Assembly: GCF_000315625.1 (NCBI RefSeq)
Contig: NW_005434616.1
Location: forward strand, 248,001-311,971
Reading direction: 5' to 3'
DNA from: Guillardia theta CCMP2712
Taxonomy: Eukaryota > Protista > Cryptophyta
DNA: 63,971 nucleotides
Positions 47,991-61,100 of the stretch are shown here, piece by piece (position 1 is the stretch's first letter; each line of letters starts with the position of its first letter). Both the position numbers and the translations under genes were made by a program. A model generated the notes under the pieces. That model had not been told where the DNA came from and ran no database searches. It saw only the letters and a program-made list of their open reading frames with translations.

Positions 47991-48109
47991 ACTGACGATC
48001 TCTTATAAACGAGCCATGCTCAGGAAGAGAAGAAGAGAGGAGGAGGAGGAGGAGGAGGAAGTTTTATTTGCTGAGGCAACACAGCTCTGTCCTCTGTTCT
48101 TGACCCTCA

Positions 48110-48366
48110 TCACTCCGCCTTAGCGAACCTCTCGATTGCCTGCAGGGCACGCACGTCATCTCCCACCCGCTCCCAATAGCTGAGCTGAGAAATTTGTTTC
48201 TCACCTTGTCAAACTTCTCGTACTTGGACAGGACGCGGTCGAGCGCTGACTTGCCGTTCTCCTACGAGCCCGCATCATAAGGCGAAGCCTGACAGGAAGC
48301 AAGGGCCAGGAAGCAGGAGGAGGAGAGCAGGAGCAGCAGAAGGGGCAGAGGGAGGAGGAGGAAAGT

Positions 48367-48404
<38 letters not shown>

Positions 48405-50024
48405 TCAAGAAGATGACACTGGGAGAGGAGGGTCACCCTCAGAGTAGACGCGGTCTCGTCTGTTCCCACGTAGCCGGTAGAGTAGAGGTTGTAGTCGACC
48501 TCGGCGATGAGCTGCAGCAGAGACCAAGGAAGTTCAGGGAGAAGGGAAGACGAGAGGAGCAGGAGGAGCAGGAGGAGCAGGAGGAGCAGGAGGAGCAGGA
48601 GGAGCAGGAGGGGGCGAGAGGGGGAGCAGGAGATGAAGGTGTTATTGACGGAGGGGGGAGAAAAGGTCGATGGGCAAGGTGTGGAGGTTGTGGCTGGTCT
48701 TGATGGACGATGGGAGAGGAGAAAGTCCGAAAGGAGCAAGGAAAAATGAGAGATCGGGAGGAGAGAAGGAGAGGAGGAGAAGGGGAGTGGCGAGAGGAGG
48801 AGAGGAGGAGGAAGAAGAGGAGGGAAGAGGGAGGAGGAGACTCAAGTAGTCACCGAGAGGATGATGTTGAATTCTTCCTCCAACTCATCCAGCTCTTCAC
48901 CGGAGATATCGCTTCTTCTCGCACAGGCCTATCGCTCCTCGTCAGTCCCCTCTCCTCCCGCTCCTCATCATTCCCCTCGCCACCTCCTCTCTCCCTCCCT
49001 CCTGAGCACGGACCTTCATTGCACCTTCGAACGCCTTCCTGATGTTGAACAATGGGCTCTTGTTGCCGACAGTGCCCAGCCTCCTGCACAAGCAGTGAGA
49101 ATTTCCATTCCTTCCTTTCCCCTCCCCTTCCATGCCCTCTTCTCTACTTTACTCTCCCCTGCTCCCCTCTCTCTCTCCTTTCCTCTTCTCGCTCCTCACC
49201 TTCGGATGACATCTCCATCTCCAGCTGCGATGTATCCATCCCACCTTCACAGCCTCATCAGATGCAGGAGCATGCGGGCAAACATCTTTCACTTCTCCTG
49301 GAGCTCCACCAGTGTCTGGTACCCCGCCTGTTCAACACCCTAAGTCACTAGCACCTCCCAACCCAGACATGAAGTCTCAACGTCGATCTGCGAGAGGTAG
49401 GTGGAGACTTTGTTGGGATCTCCCGTCACTTTCACTTGTCCCCCTGCCACCGTCTCGAACGCCTTCTTGAACTCAACGTTCTTGCTCCCCTCGCCTGGTC
49501 CCTCCCACAGTCAAGAGCAGCCGGGCGTTCGAGGGTGAAGTCAGAGGAGCAACTTACATCTCTGTCCTCCACCGATCGCTGCTCGGCATTTCAGCTCCTC
49601 CTTAGTCGCCTGCTCTCATCCTGTCAGAGCTTCTGAGGCTACGAAGAGGATAGGACAACAGCAAAGGACGGTAACGGGAGGGAGGAGACGAGGAGTCCAG
49701 CGCCGGCCTGCACAAAGTTGGAGAGCAGCTCTCTTCCTATCACAGCGACATGTCAGTCAGCTTCTCCTCACAACTAAGAACCCATACTCGACTCAGGGAC
49801 GTCTTGTTTCATCGAGCAGTCAAGGGAGGGTGGAGCGTTTCTCCTCAACCTGCCGCTGAGATTTCACAACCATGACATGTCCAACCGCGACTCCTCGTCA
49901 CTCACTGCAACATGGAGGATGCAACGCTTGTCTTGCCCTTCATGGCAGATGATGGTCCGACCGGACACGTCACGAACGCCATGACTGCGCCGAGCGACGC
50001 CATCGTAACGGCCGACCGCAGCAT
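48110..50024 (-). CDS. Thylakoid-lumen-targeted helical protein (possibly PsbQ-like), multi-exon
   Basis: MLRSAVTMASLGAVMA-F signal, a transit peptide, then spliced SRRELL...LPLPSFA Tat signal. Mature part DGDVIRR|RLGTVGNKSPLFNI...IAEVDYNLYS...ALDRVL...AKAE*. Confidence 0.72.
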
Positions 50025-50059
50025 CCCCGGCGTGAACATGGCTGCAGTTCCCTTCTTTA

Positions 50060-50260
50060 TAACTGACCACCCCACCTTCTGATTACAGCACTGAACTTGA
50101 AGGTACCCCCCTGAAAGATGAAATATGGGTACCCACCCCAATTTAAGACTGTAAACAGCTCTATCATGATATACTCGAATAGGGTAGGGTACTGCCTGTT
50201 TGTGTGGATCACCCCCATAACTTTAGTTCCTTCTACCCTGACCCCGTCCATTGCGCCTCC
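50060..50260. promoter_or_regulatory. Short GGTACC/ACCC island in a divergent promoter
   Basis: ggtaccccc, gggtacccacccc, gggtagggtac and ctaccctgacccc between ATGs at 50024 (-) and 50432 (+). Confidence 0.5.
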
Positions 50261-50431
50261 CCGATGGCGACTAGCAGGAGGGACCAGGACCAGGGCTAGA
50301 AGAGGAGGAGGAGGAGGAGGAGGAGGAGGAGGAGGAGGAGGAGGAGGAGGAGGAGGAGGAGGAGGAGGAGGAGAACAAGTGGACACCTGGAGACCCACCC
50401 GAGTGATTTGAGCAGGAGGCATAGAGCGAAG

Positions 50432-53400
50432 ATGATTGAGATCCCTGTTGGGATCGCAGCTTCAGTCTCCTTTACCTGCCTCCTCCGCCATGTTGTCGTC
50501 TCTTTCTTCCCTCATCACGCTCGCTTCATCCTCCAGGGCGGACTGATCAGCTCTATGGTCACAAGCGCCGCAGCGGGTCTGATTGGCATCGCTACCTCCA
50601 AGCTCATTGCAGTCCATTCAAAGCTCCCTCAGCCTCCACAGCTACTCCAAAGCTCGATAGGAGAAGATAATGGACCTGTATTCTCTGCGCAAGAGCAGGA
50701 TTGTCCGGGGAGCACGGAGGTTTGGAAGAAGAGATCGATGAAGACTGAAGCAGTGGCGTCAGGGTCCAACGTGAAGGCTCGTTTGTTTCCTCCTTTTCCC
50801 TTTTCTTCAGCTCACTGCACGCGGACGGTGAAGTGCCAGGATGCTGTGAGGTGGCTGGAGGAGGAGGAGACGATCGCAGGAGCGGTGTTCACCTCCCTCC
50901 CTGATGTGATCGAGCTGGACATGGAGGGTGAGGAGGAGGATTACAAGAAATGGTTCCTCCATGTTGCTCGGTTGATCCTCTCAAAACTTCAGAAAAATTC
51001 GGTTGCAATTTTCTACCAGGTAGAACAAGGTTCTTCCTCCTCCTCTCTTCTCCTCCCCGTCTTCTCTTCGCCTCCTCCTCTCTGCCTCCTCCTCGTCCTC
51101 CTCGTCCCTCTTCTATCCTTTCTCTCTCGTCGTCCTCCCTCCTCTTGCTCAGATCTATCCAGTATCCTTTACCCTCATTTCTTCTCCACCTTCCCCCTTC
51201 CTCCTTGACCGACAGAACGTCTCCTAGTGCTGCCCATGCCTCTCTTTGCCCCTCGCGCTCTCCTTGGAGCAGTTGCTCAGTTGTTGTTTAACTGGTTCGA
51301 CAAAGACAGATGTAAAAGTGATGAGCAACCGAAGATGTCAAAAAGGAAAAAAGGGCCAGACATGTAGGAAGAGGAGGAGGAAGGGAGGAGAAGGAAGGGA
51401 GGAGGAGGAGGAGAGCAGGAGGAGGAAGGAGGAGAGAAAGATAGGAGAAGGGATGCTCGAGGGGGATGGGGAGGAGAAGGAAAAAGGAGAGGGAATGTTA
51501 TTGAGAAAGAAGACATTTGACATGTTCAGCAGCACCTCACCTTATCGAGTGGCTTGACAAGTCATTTCTCTGCATGAAAGCAGCAGAAGAGGCAGGATGT
51601 AAACTGTTATGGAGGAAGACGGTGAGATGACATGGAAGACACTGAAAGGATGTTGCGCACGAGAGGAGCAAGAGGAGAAGAGAGAGGAGAGGAAGGAGGA
51701 AGAGTAAGGTTGCGCTTTGATCTGCTTGCAGGTTGTGAAGGGATCGGCGAGCGCCTTGTGCGTGTCTCGTCCCACTACGACTCACCTGCTCTGCTTCGGG
51801 AAAGTAATTCCCCTAGAAGAACCCGGCTACCCTTGCATGCAACTCATTTTGTCTTTCCTTTCCTTTCCTCCCTCTGCTCTGCTCTGCTCTGCTCTGCTCA
51901 GCTCAGCTCTGCTCAGCTCAGCTCTGCTCAGCTCAGCTCTGCTCTGCTCAGCTCTGCTCAGCTCAGCTCTGCTCAGCTCTGCTCTGCTCTGCTCTGCTCG
52001 GCACTTTCCCCTCTTGAATTTTCATTCCTTGTTGTTCCTCTTCTTTCCCCTCCCTTCTGTCCCCCTCGCGTCTTCGCAAAGCTCAAGCATTGCTCGCAGA
52101 ACGACGTTGAATATCCTCCCTCCAAGTTCTCAACTCCTGACATCTTTCCTCGCGGCGTCATGACCTGGCCTAAGGTGCAATTCCTCTTCATTCTCTCACG
52201 TTTGCAATCTTCCTCGTCCTCTACTCCCCTGCTCCCCCCTCCCTCCTTCCTCCTCTGCCGTTCCCTTCCTCTGCCGTTCCCTCACCTTCACCTCGTCCTC
52301 CTCTTCTCCCTCCCGACGTTCTTGTTCTTCAGGCCATCGGACTGGACGCTGCTCTCCTCGGCTGCCGCTTCCTGAAGGAGCAGATGAAATGCGAGCTAGT
52401 CATCGACCCATTTTGTGGCTACGTACGAGAGGAGGAGGAAGGAGGAGGAGGAAGGAGGAGGGAGAAGGAGGAGGGAGAAGGGAGGCGAGATGTAGATGGA
52501 TGAAGGTGCTCAGGGGCGAGAAGGATGGTAGAAAGTCGGAGGTGGTGCTGCACACAGAGTGAGGAGAGGTTGGGGGGCGAGGAGCAGCATCCAGAGGATG
52601 GGAAAGTAGAGTCGAGGAGTTGGGGCAGGAGGAGCAGGTGGAAATACGTTTTATGGACTCACTGAGATCCTGTCAGGGGACCATCCTTGCCTGTGCCAAC
52701 CTGGTGCCGCCCCCGCCCCCCCCTTTCCTCCTCCTCCTCCTCCTCCTCCTCCTCGTCGGCAGCAGCCGGGTCGATGTCCAGCTCCTCTTTTCTCCGCTCG
52801 CTTCGGCAGCGGGCGGATGAGGATGCAGGCTCTCGTATTCAATTTCTGCCGGCAGGAGGATCTTTTTTTTTGTTAGAGTTTTTTTTTTTTTTTNNNNNNN
52901 NNNNNNNNNNNNNNNNNNNNNNNNNNNNNNNNNNNNNNNNNNNNNNNNNNNNNNNNNNNNNNNNNNNNNNNNNNNNNNNNNNNNNNNNNNNNNAATGAGG
53001 GAGGGGACGAGAGAGAGGAGAAACGAGTACGTTCTGATATCTCACCAGGTGCGACATGGCAGAGAGGCTGCGGGTGGAGTCCCTGGTGCTGTCCGACGAC
53101 TACAACGACGATGCTTACAGAGGGCAGGTGAGAGTGAACTACATCCCTTTGGCGCTCCCTCTTTCCTCGTCCAGTCCTTGCCCTCAGCTCCGTCTCCCTC
53201 CCTCCGTCCTCGCACCTGGCACTACCTCCCTCTTCCTCTCCTCCTCACTGTCGGCTTCCTCTCCCTCCGACTCTAACTGTCATCCTCTTCCTTTTCCCCT
53301 CATTGTCCTCCTCTTTCTCCTCTCCCCCTCTTTCTCCTCTCCTCCTCTTTCTCCTCTCCTCCTCTTTCTCCTCTCCTCCTCTTTCTCCTCTCCTCCTCTT

Positions 53401-53507
53401 TCTCCTCTCCTCCTCTTTCTCCTCTCCTCACTGCCCTCCTGATCATTCTTTCATTTCAGATGCCGAAGCTCAAAAGTGTGCTGCGGAAGTTGACGGAGGC
53501 GCGATGA
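50432..53507 (+). CDS. SAM-dependent methyltransferase with N4/N6 DNA-methylase-like motif order, multi-exon
   Basis: DAVRWL, VFTSLPD, IFYQ|TDVK, WLDKSFL, LLWRK, THLLCF, RGVMTWPK and VIDPFCGY|GTIL. Interrupted by an assembly gap. Confidence 0.72.
51873..51998. repeat. Intronic (CTCTG)/(CTCAG)n microsatellite
   Basis: Directly visible. Confidence 0.92.
52894..52993. other. Assembly gap (100 N) after poly-T
   Basis: Run of 100 n. Confidence 0.99.
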
Positions 53508-53615
53508 GACTTGCAGACTTTATCGACGGTCAACGAGAGGTGAGGGTTCTAACACACAGAATCCTCCCTTCCTATCTTAAGAGGATCAAACGTGACATGT
53601 AGACCGATCAAGGTT

Positions 53616-56493
53616 TCAAATGAAGGAGAAAGGATCCGAAGAGTCCTGCAAAGATCGTGAATGTCTGAGGGATACGGACGGCAGGGAGGCAAGGGGAGAC
53701 GGAGGATAAAGAACGAAGGAGGAACAAGGGAAGGGGTTGATGGAAGGGAGGCCGAGAGGGAGGGATAGAATGTAGTGGAGGGAGCGAAGGGAGTTGAGTG
53801 GAGGGAGTGGAGGGAGTGGAGGGAGTGGAGGGAGTTGAGTGGAGGGAGTGGAGGGAGTGGAGGGAGTGGAGGGAGGGAGTGGAGTGGAGGGAGTGGAGTG
53901 GAGGGAGTGGAGTGGAGGGAGTGGAGGGGCTCAAGCCATGAATCACCTTGAGGCCAAGTTTCTGCTGGGTGGAATGAGAGACTGCACCTGCGCCTCCGCC
54001 CATGCCTCCTCCCATTCCCATTCCTCCTCCCATCATGTTGCCTTGCATGCCCATGCCGCCTTGCATGCCCATGCCTCCTCCCATGCCGCCTCCCATGCCC
54101 ATGCCTCCCATTCCTCCTCCCATTCCCATGCCTCCTCCCATTCCCATGCCGCCTCCCATACCTCCTCCCATCATGTTGCCTCCCATACCGCCTCCCATTC
54201 CCATGCCGCCTCCCATCATGTTGCCTCCCATGCCTCCTCCCATCATGTTGCCTCCTCCCATGCCCATTCCTCCGCCCATACCTCCTCCCATCATGTTGCC
54301 TTGCATTCCCATGCCTCCTCCCATCATGTTACCTTGCATGCCCATACCCATGCCTCCTCCCATGCCTCCTCCCATCATGTTGCCTTGCATGCCACCATGT
54401 CCGATCTTCGCCATAGTGTTCATGCTCATCTTGGGCCCATCGGACTGCGAGCTCTTCCCGGAGCCCAGCGACAAGCTGTCGAGGTTCACAAGCGACGACA
54501 AGGCGTCCTTCGCGCCTGCAGGTTTACCGGCAGGAGGAGGCTGAACAACGTTTGGAGTGTTGGATCCCACGAAGTTGCCGAATCCGAAGTCTGAGTTCGA
54601 CCCATTGCCCATGGAGGGAGCAGGAGCAGGGGCAGGAGCAGAGAAAACGTCGGAAAGGAGGTCTTGTGCAGACTTGTGCTGGGCAGGAGCAGCGCCAGAA
54701 GAGAAAGGATCAGACCCACCGAAGGGATCGTTACTAAAGTTGCCGAAGGGCTCTGAGATGGCACTCAGTCCTAGTCTATCGCCTCTAACCGTTTTCCTAC
54801 CTGTGCTGGCAGCCGTTGCAGTGGGCTGACTGCCGAAGGGATCGCTGCCGAAGTTCGCCCAGTCGTTCTGCTGAGGGGTCTCAACCTGCGATGCAAGAGC
54901 GAATTTCAGAAAGCAGTGCGGGAGGCATCATGGCAAGGTTGACCGTGCTTCTTGACTGGGTTGGTTTATGATCAGGGACAACTGAACCTGAAATGCTCCT
55001 GTCAAGGGCAGACGGAAGCGTTCAGTCGGAATCAAAATGAACTACCGGAAAGGGGTGCAACTGGCTTATCCTCAACCTGCCATGTCCCATAAGAACCATC
55101 GAGGTTTGAGCAACGGCAGACAAGACCTTGGCGTTGCTCGGCTTGATGTTGATCTTGATCGCACCTCCTCCCGACGACTTGTTGGCAAACGGATCTTCTC
55201 CCCTGTTTCTCCGTCAGCGCTCTTACATCCGACAAGGTCCGGGCAACCAGTCGTCGTCGTCATCCTTCTTCTTGTTGTCAGAGAACGTCTCCTTCCTGGG
55301 AAGGATCCTCAGCGGACATGAGACCATAGTGCAGGCTTACTTCTCCGTGTCTCTCTTGGGTCGATCCCAATCATCGTCATCGAACTTAGACGAGCTTCCG
55401 CCGGAGCTGGAACAGGACAGGGCAAGCATCACTACAACCCACGACAATCAGAGTTTCTGATGCCACACCGATATTCCTCGCTGCTGAACCCCCCGCTCTT
55501 TTCATTGTGGAAGCTAATCAAGGATTGGGCTCAGTGACAAACCACCTCTCCAAGATTCCTTGCTCTTCACCGATCTCTGGCCCTGCGAGCCTTCTCTCTT
55601 TCCTCCGAGAGCCTTTCGTTGCTTCACAGGCAACCATCAGGTTCGAAGAGCGCATCTACCATCATCTCATACCTTTGAAGGAGCTCGATCAGCTGCTTCG
55701 ATTTCTCCCTCACGTTGATTCCCTAAGTGTCCAACGGAGTCAGCGAGCCAGCGGCAGCAGCTCCAGCAAGGTTTCAGACCTGGTCCTTGCCAGTGTTCTC
55801 TTCCGTGTACTCGAATCTCTTCAGCGGCTCCAACCTTGACGATGGTCAGCCAGTCGACAAGTTGCCAACGAGCATCGGCAAACCTCTCAACGTTGTCCCT
55901 GACATCCTCAACGAACCTCTTGGTTCCGTTCTTGACACAGTAGTCGAGCACGTTGAGCGCCTTGTACACCTGCAAGGATCTCGCTCAAAACTAGAGGTCT
56001 TCACAAGACTTCTTCACACCTTGCGCCAGTTCTGTGGTGGTTCTTTGAACCTTTCCCAAAGGACCTGAACACATCCAAAGTTCACCCAGCGATTATCACA
56101 CGCGAATAAGAACCTGCAGGATCAAACTTTTCTGCTGGGAATCACTTGTAGCAGCTGAAATCTCATGGAGCTGCAGGCAGGACCGAAGTTCAGCTCCATC
56201 TTCATCATCACGACACTCATCTCCTCTACCTGTGTTCCCGATGGTCCCCAAGCCTCGCTGCCTGAAGCGATTGTCACAACATTTTCTGCGGCAATAGAAG
56301 CATGCGGAAAGTACTTGTTGCTTCCATGACTTTGGCTTCAATTTCACTTACGTTCAAGACAACTACAAATATGATAAGAATCCAGAGAGCAAAACAAGAG
56401 CTTAAAGGAGATACCGTTTCTTCCCTTTTTGAAGAGATCCTTCCCCATAGCAAACGCCTTAAGCGCGATACCATTGAGGTCTGAAGATTCCAT
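53616..56493 (-). CDS. Epsin-related ENTH-domain clathrin adaptor (epsinR/CLINT1-like)
   Basis: Spliced ENTH domain EAKVMEATSSEAWGPSGT...LWERF...NWRKVYKALNVLDYCVKNG...DQG. Several DPF/F-rich motifs, SLVNLDSL and a Met/Gly-rich tail ending DSSDPFSFI*. Confidence 0.9.
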
Positions 56494-56959
56494 TTTTGGA
56501 TACTGTTCTGAAATTTCGCAATGTTCAGATCAAGATCACTTGCTGTCCTTCGACGACTGTCTAACTAGAAACCACAAAACACAAAACAGTCCACTTCTTC
56601 GAAACTCGAATTGCATTTCTTGCAAGCATAATCCTCTCACAGACTGTCTTTCATACTCTCCTCCTATCGTCTCTGTCCCTTATGGCGCTCATCGTCCGCC
56701 ATTCCTCCCTCCCGCAGGTACTGGCCTGTTCCCACTAGCCATCACACCCATTTCTCGCTTACGTCATGTTCACCGATGCCATTATGTGCGAAACCAAATC
56801 GCCCTGCTCCTTCTGAAATCGTTCCTTTCATCGCTATCAATGCATTGACATCCCTTCTTTTGCCCCCTTCTCTCCTCCTCCTACTCCTCCTCCTCCTCGT
56901 CGTCGTCGTCCTCCTCCTCCTCGCATGCGTTTTCCCCAGCCATCCCTTGCCAGCCATGC

Positions 56960-57900
56960 CGGGTGCCAGGGGGTAGTGAATGAAGTTAGGGTCCTTCAGA
57001 AACTGGTAGGGTCATTGTTAACTGGGGGTGGGTACTTTGACATGGACTTAACAATTCAGGTGGTAGGGGTGACGACTTGTCGTTCAATCACCGGTGTATA
57101 TGAGCTTCAATATGTAGCGAATGAAGGGGTAATAAATGGTTAGAGGTGGTCATAGATGTTGTAGCCTAGTGTTATCCACGGTGGGTGATCAAAATATGAG
57201 GTAGGGGTATTTCCATGCAGTCCAAAATCCAAGAAGGTGGGTCTTGGTCTGCATGTGTTCTACAAGAGGGGTACTCTATATCACCCCTTGTATGATGTAC
57301 CCCTATCCACCTAGGGACCCACGGGGCCAGCCCTCGGGTATCACCCCACCCATGTCACCAAGAAAATCAATCACAAACCCAACCCGTACATCGAATGTTG
57401 GGAGATGGCTGGACCCCATTTGATTGACCAGTACCCCGAGAACTACTATACTACCCTGTCAATTATGCACAAATTTCAGATAAAATAAGGGGTGACATTG
57501 ATAACCCACCCCTTAGAAGTACTCCTCAAGATCCCTTCCACCCCTACATGCTCAGTGTACCATGCCAACATCAACTTTCTACCACCCATGTAACCCAACT
57601 GCATGTACCCCTGGTCCTGTGGTGAATTTCAACCCACCACATGGGGAGTACATTGGCTAAACAGACCGGTGGTCACAAGCTGGACTTCTGGCAGTGGGGT
57701 AGGGGTGTCAAGTGGAGGCGTAGCCTCTTCCCCAACCTGGGGAATCCAGGGGTGGGGTGGGGTAAGAACATGGGAAAATACAGGGTGGGGGTGATATCAA
57801 GGGGTAGGATATACACAGGTCAGGTAGGGGTAGTATTTGAAAGCCCTCATCCCCAACCAGCATCACTTCTTTAGCCCTCATCCTGGCCCTCATCCCCTAC
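56960..57900. promoter_or_regulatory. GGGT/ACCC island with two strand-polarity switches, upstream of the epsin gene
   Basis: G-rich at 56960-57280, C-rich at 57280-57640 and G-rich at 57640-57835. No GC-palindrome core. Confidence 0.5.
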
Positions 57901-57994
57901 ACAACATGTCTCTAAACTGAACCATAACTAACTAATCTCACCACTGCCTTGCCGGCTAGCTCAACACAACAATAACATGAAAGAGGAGAAGATG

Positions 57995-58100
57995 ATAGCA
58001 AGATGATAACAAGATGACAAACAATCAAAAAAAGATGATAACAAGCTCATAACAAGATCATAACAAGATCATAACAAGCTCATAACAAGCTCATAACAAT
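57995..58100. repeat. 11-bp minisatellite (CATAACAAG[A/C]T)n
   Basis: About five tandem copies of cataacaagat/cataacaagct at 58048-58100 plus degenerate copies upstream. Confidence 0.85.
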
Positions 58101-58149
58101 ATGATGAAGTTAGATATTGAACACTTTAATGGACCAATCTAGTCTGACT

Positions 58150-61100
58150 GGGAATGGTATAGCATGCCGACTATAGCGAACGATGCACATGAAAGACCAT
58201 CAAAATCTCTACATCTGACTGAATGACCAGGTCATTCGCCTCCTCCTGGTGTGCGTGGACCAAACGGGACAAGAAAGGATGGTACTTCCAGCTACTGACG
58301 CAATCTACGTGGCAGGCAGGAAGGACGGGGTGGTAATCTAGTTTGACGATGGTAACAGGTTACGGATTTTATGTTCCCTCGTGGAACCGTGCGGAGGGAG
58401 CGAATGTAAAGAAGCAGGGCGAGGGACAGGATAGGGCGGAGAAGGTGCAGCAAGTGCTATCCCTTCCTGCCATCCCTTCCTGCCATCCCTTCCTGCCGTC
58501 CTTTCCCTGGTCGACCCGATTCTGGCAGGAGAAAAGTAGAAGCACCACGAGTAGGAGGCGTCCGATGATAGCACCTTCGTGGGTAAGAGAATTCTTTGCG
58601 TGCACAATCTGTCTTTGCTGCTCTTAATGTTCTCGTCGTCTTGCGTTCAATCTGGCTAAATTTTCACAATCATCGCATGCACTTCCCTCTCTCCCTCCTC
58701 CCCCTTCCCCTCCCCCTCTCCCTCTCCCCCCCTCCCTCTCCCTTTCCCTCTCCTCTCCGTCTCCCTTCCCTCTCCATCTCCCTGCATTGATGGGTTGACT
58801 TGTTTTGCAGGCCATGGGAGGAAGACGCTCAGGGCCGAGTGGCGTGGTGAGGAGATTTGACCCCAGCAACAGCCCAGCTGAACATGACGGCAGGGCTGTC
58901 CATGTTGTGGGGTCCCGTCGCATGAGGACACATGGCGAGCGGAGATGTCAAACTTGAGTGCTCTGAGGCCGTGAAATGAGGCGGTTGACGTGAGGGAGGA
59001 GAGAGGACCAAGGGGTGCAAGACAGGGACGAGGCAGTTGAGAGGAGGAGGGGGAGGCGAGAGGAGGAGGAGGAAGTGAGGGATCAGGCGAGAGGAGGACG
59101 AGCGAGGGGTGAACGGCCGAGCTCCACGTCTCAGCGAACTTGTGAAGCGTCAGCAGCGGTGTAACGATAGGAGGAGAGAGGAGAGATTCATTCTGATAAT
59201 AACATGGTGCTGGACGTCGAAGTGACATTACTGATGTGAAGCTGAACGTGAGCAGGGCAGCAGCTTGCAAGCTGTTGGGTCCTCTGTCCCATCCTCCTCA
59301 GTGACTCCCTCCCTGCTGGCTCCGCCCGTCATGCTCCTGCAGATGGAGAGGAGGCTGAGGCAGATCGCATCCTCTGCCTCCTTGCTAGATGACGGCTCCC
59401 CCAGCGAGCTCCTTGCCTTCTCGTACCCCTGGGAGAACCTGAGGACACAGAACTCCTCCCTCCTCCTCCTCACTGTTGCCCACATGCTCGTCATCACCAC
59501 CCACACTGTCATTCCCTTCCTCGTTTCCGTCCCGAACCCTGTTTGGTTCCTCCACCATTTCCTCTCATGACTGCTCCCTCTCCCCCTCTTTCGTGTTCCT
59601 CCTCCCTTCTTACCTCGGTGCAGACCATCACGAGGATCAGGGCATGGGCAGCGCTCTGCTGCTGGTGAGAGAGTTGGTTTGAGGTCAGCTCTTTGAGCAA
59701 CCGCTGCAGCAGTTGCGTTGAGTCCCTCTCCTTTCTCCCCTCGATCCTCCTCCTCCTCCTCCTCCTCCTCCTCCTCCTCCTCCTCCTCCTCCTCCTCCTC
59801 CTCCTGCTTCCTCTTTCCCTTCCTCTTTCCCCTCCTCCTTTATCTCTCGCTCACCTGAGCCAGAGGGAGGACGAGAGTGGAATTTCCGCATCCCCAGGAC
59901 TTGCTATGCAGTCAGAAATGGACTCGTTCAAGCAAGAGCAAGAGAAACAAGGAGAGTGAAGGAGGAGGGGGTGGTTGGTAGAGGGGGGGAGGAAAAGCAA
60001 GCAGGGAAGCAGCTGAAGGAGAGAATGCTACAGCAAGCAGGAATGAAGATGGGGGGGGCAGCAAGTTCGGGCGCGAGGGTGGGAGAGAGGAGTCATGGAT
60101 CACCCGGACAAGAGATTCTACGAGGATGAGCGAGACTTCAAGGTCCATCTGATGAAAGTTTCTCTGCAGAGATGTCAAAGTTTGGCGCGGAGGAGAAGGA
60201 AGGTCTCAACGTTGACAAGCTCAAGCCAGAGGACGTCGGAGACTCTGCGGAATCTCTTTGACTTGTAGAGGAGCTTGCAGAGACGCTGAGAGGACAACCG
60301 TCAGCAACAGTGACGTGGACGTTTGAGAATGACGTGGACCAGAGCAGGAGAAAGCAAGCAAGTGATGAAGATGATCTACCTCCTTGACCAATGTGTTATG
60401 CTGGTTCATGGCATAGAGTTCTTCCAGCTTGTCAACAGCCTTGTTGAATGGAGTCAAAGGAAAGGAAGCAACCAAGGGAGCAGCCCCACCATGTCTTCCT
60501 CCCCGTTCTTCTCAAGGATCATCGCAGCGTTCCAAAGTTTCTTGCAACTCCAAACTCAAAACAGGCTCCAACCTCCTCACACTCTGAACCACCTGCTGTA
60601 AGACTTGGGCCGGGAGGTGCCGCGCCTCCGCCTCCAGGACATCCAGGACTCTCCCGCCCGACTGGGGGTCTCCTGCCTGAGAGAGGATGAGAGGAGAGCA
60701 AGTGGCAGCAAGACAAGCAAGGGCTCACTTGCAAGAGCAAGTCCGCGGCTGAGAACCTCGAGCTATCAAGCAGCTCGCCCATGACAGCTTGAAAGTTCCT
60801 CAGGACGGAGGAGCGATCGCTGCATGCCCCGCTCAACTCCGCACTCCTCCTTCCACATGTCATGTCCGCACCTGTCGAGCAGGGAGGCGGAGGCAGCAAG
60901 GGAGTCCCTCACGTCAAGGGCCTGTGGGAGGGGCAAGCTTGAGAGACGGAGGGATCAGGACACACGACCAGACCATCGAGAAAAGAACTTGTTTCTTCAT
61001 GTCAGCGCCCTGCTGTTAGACAGCCAGTCAGCAGGGAGCAAGCACCGAGGAAGCGCATGCCTCGGACATTCCTGCCTTGTGGAGGAGGAGGAGGAGTTTG

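Noticed and set aside
57995-58100. Regular short repeats suggestive of a CRISPR-like array
   Set aside because: Contiguous 11-bp tandem units without unique spacers, in a eukaryotic context with no cas genes.
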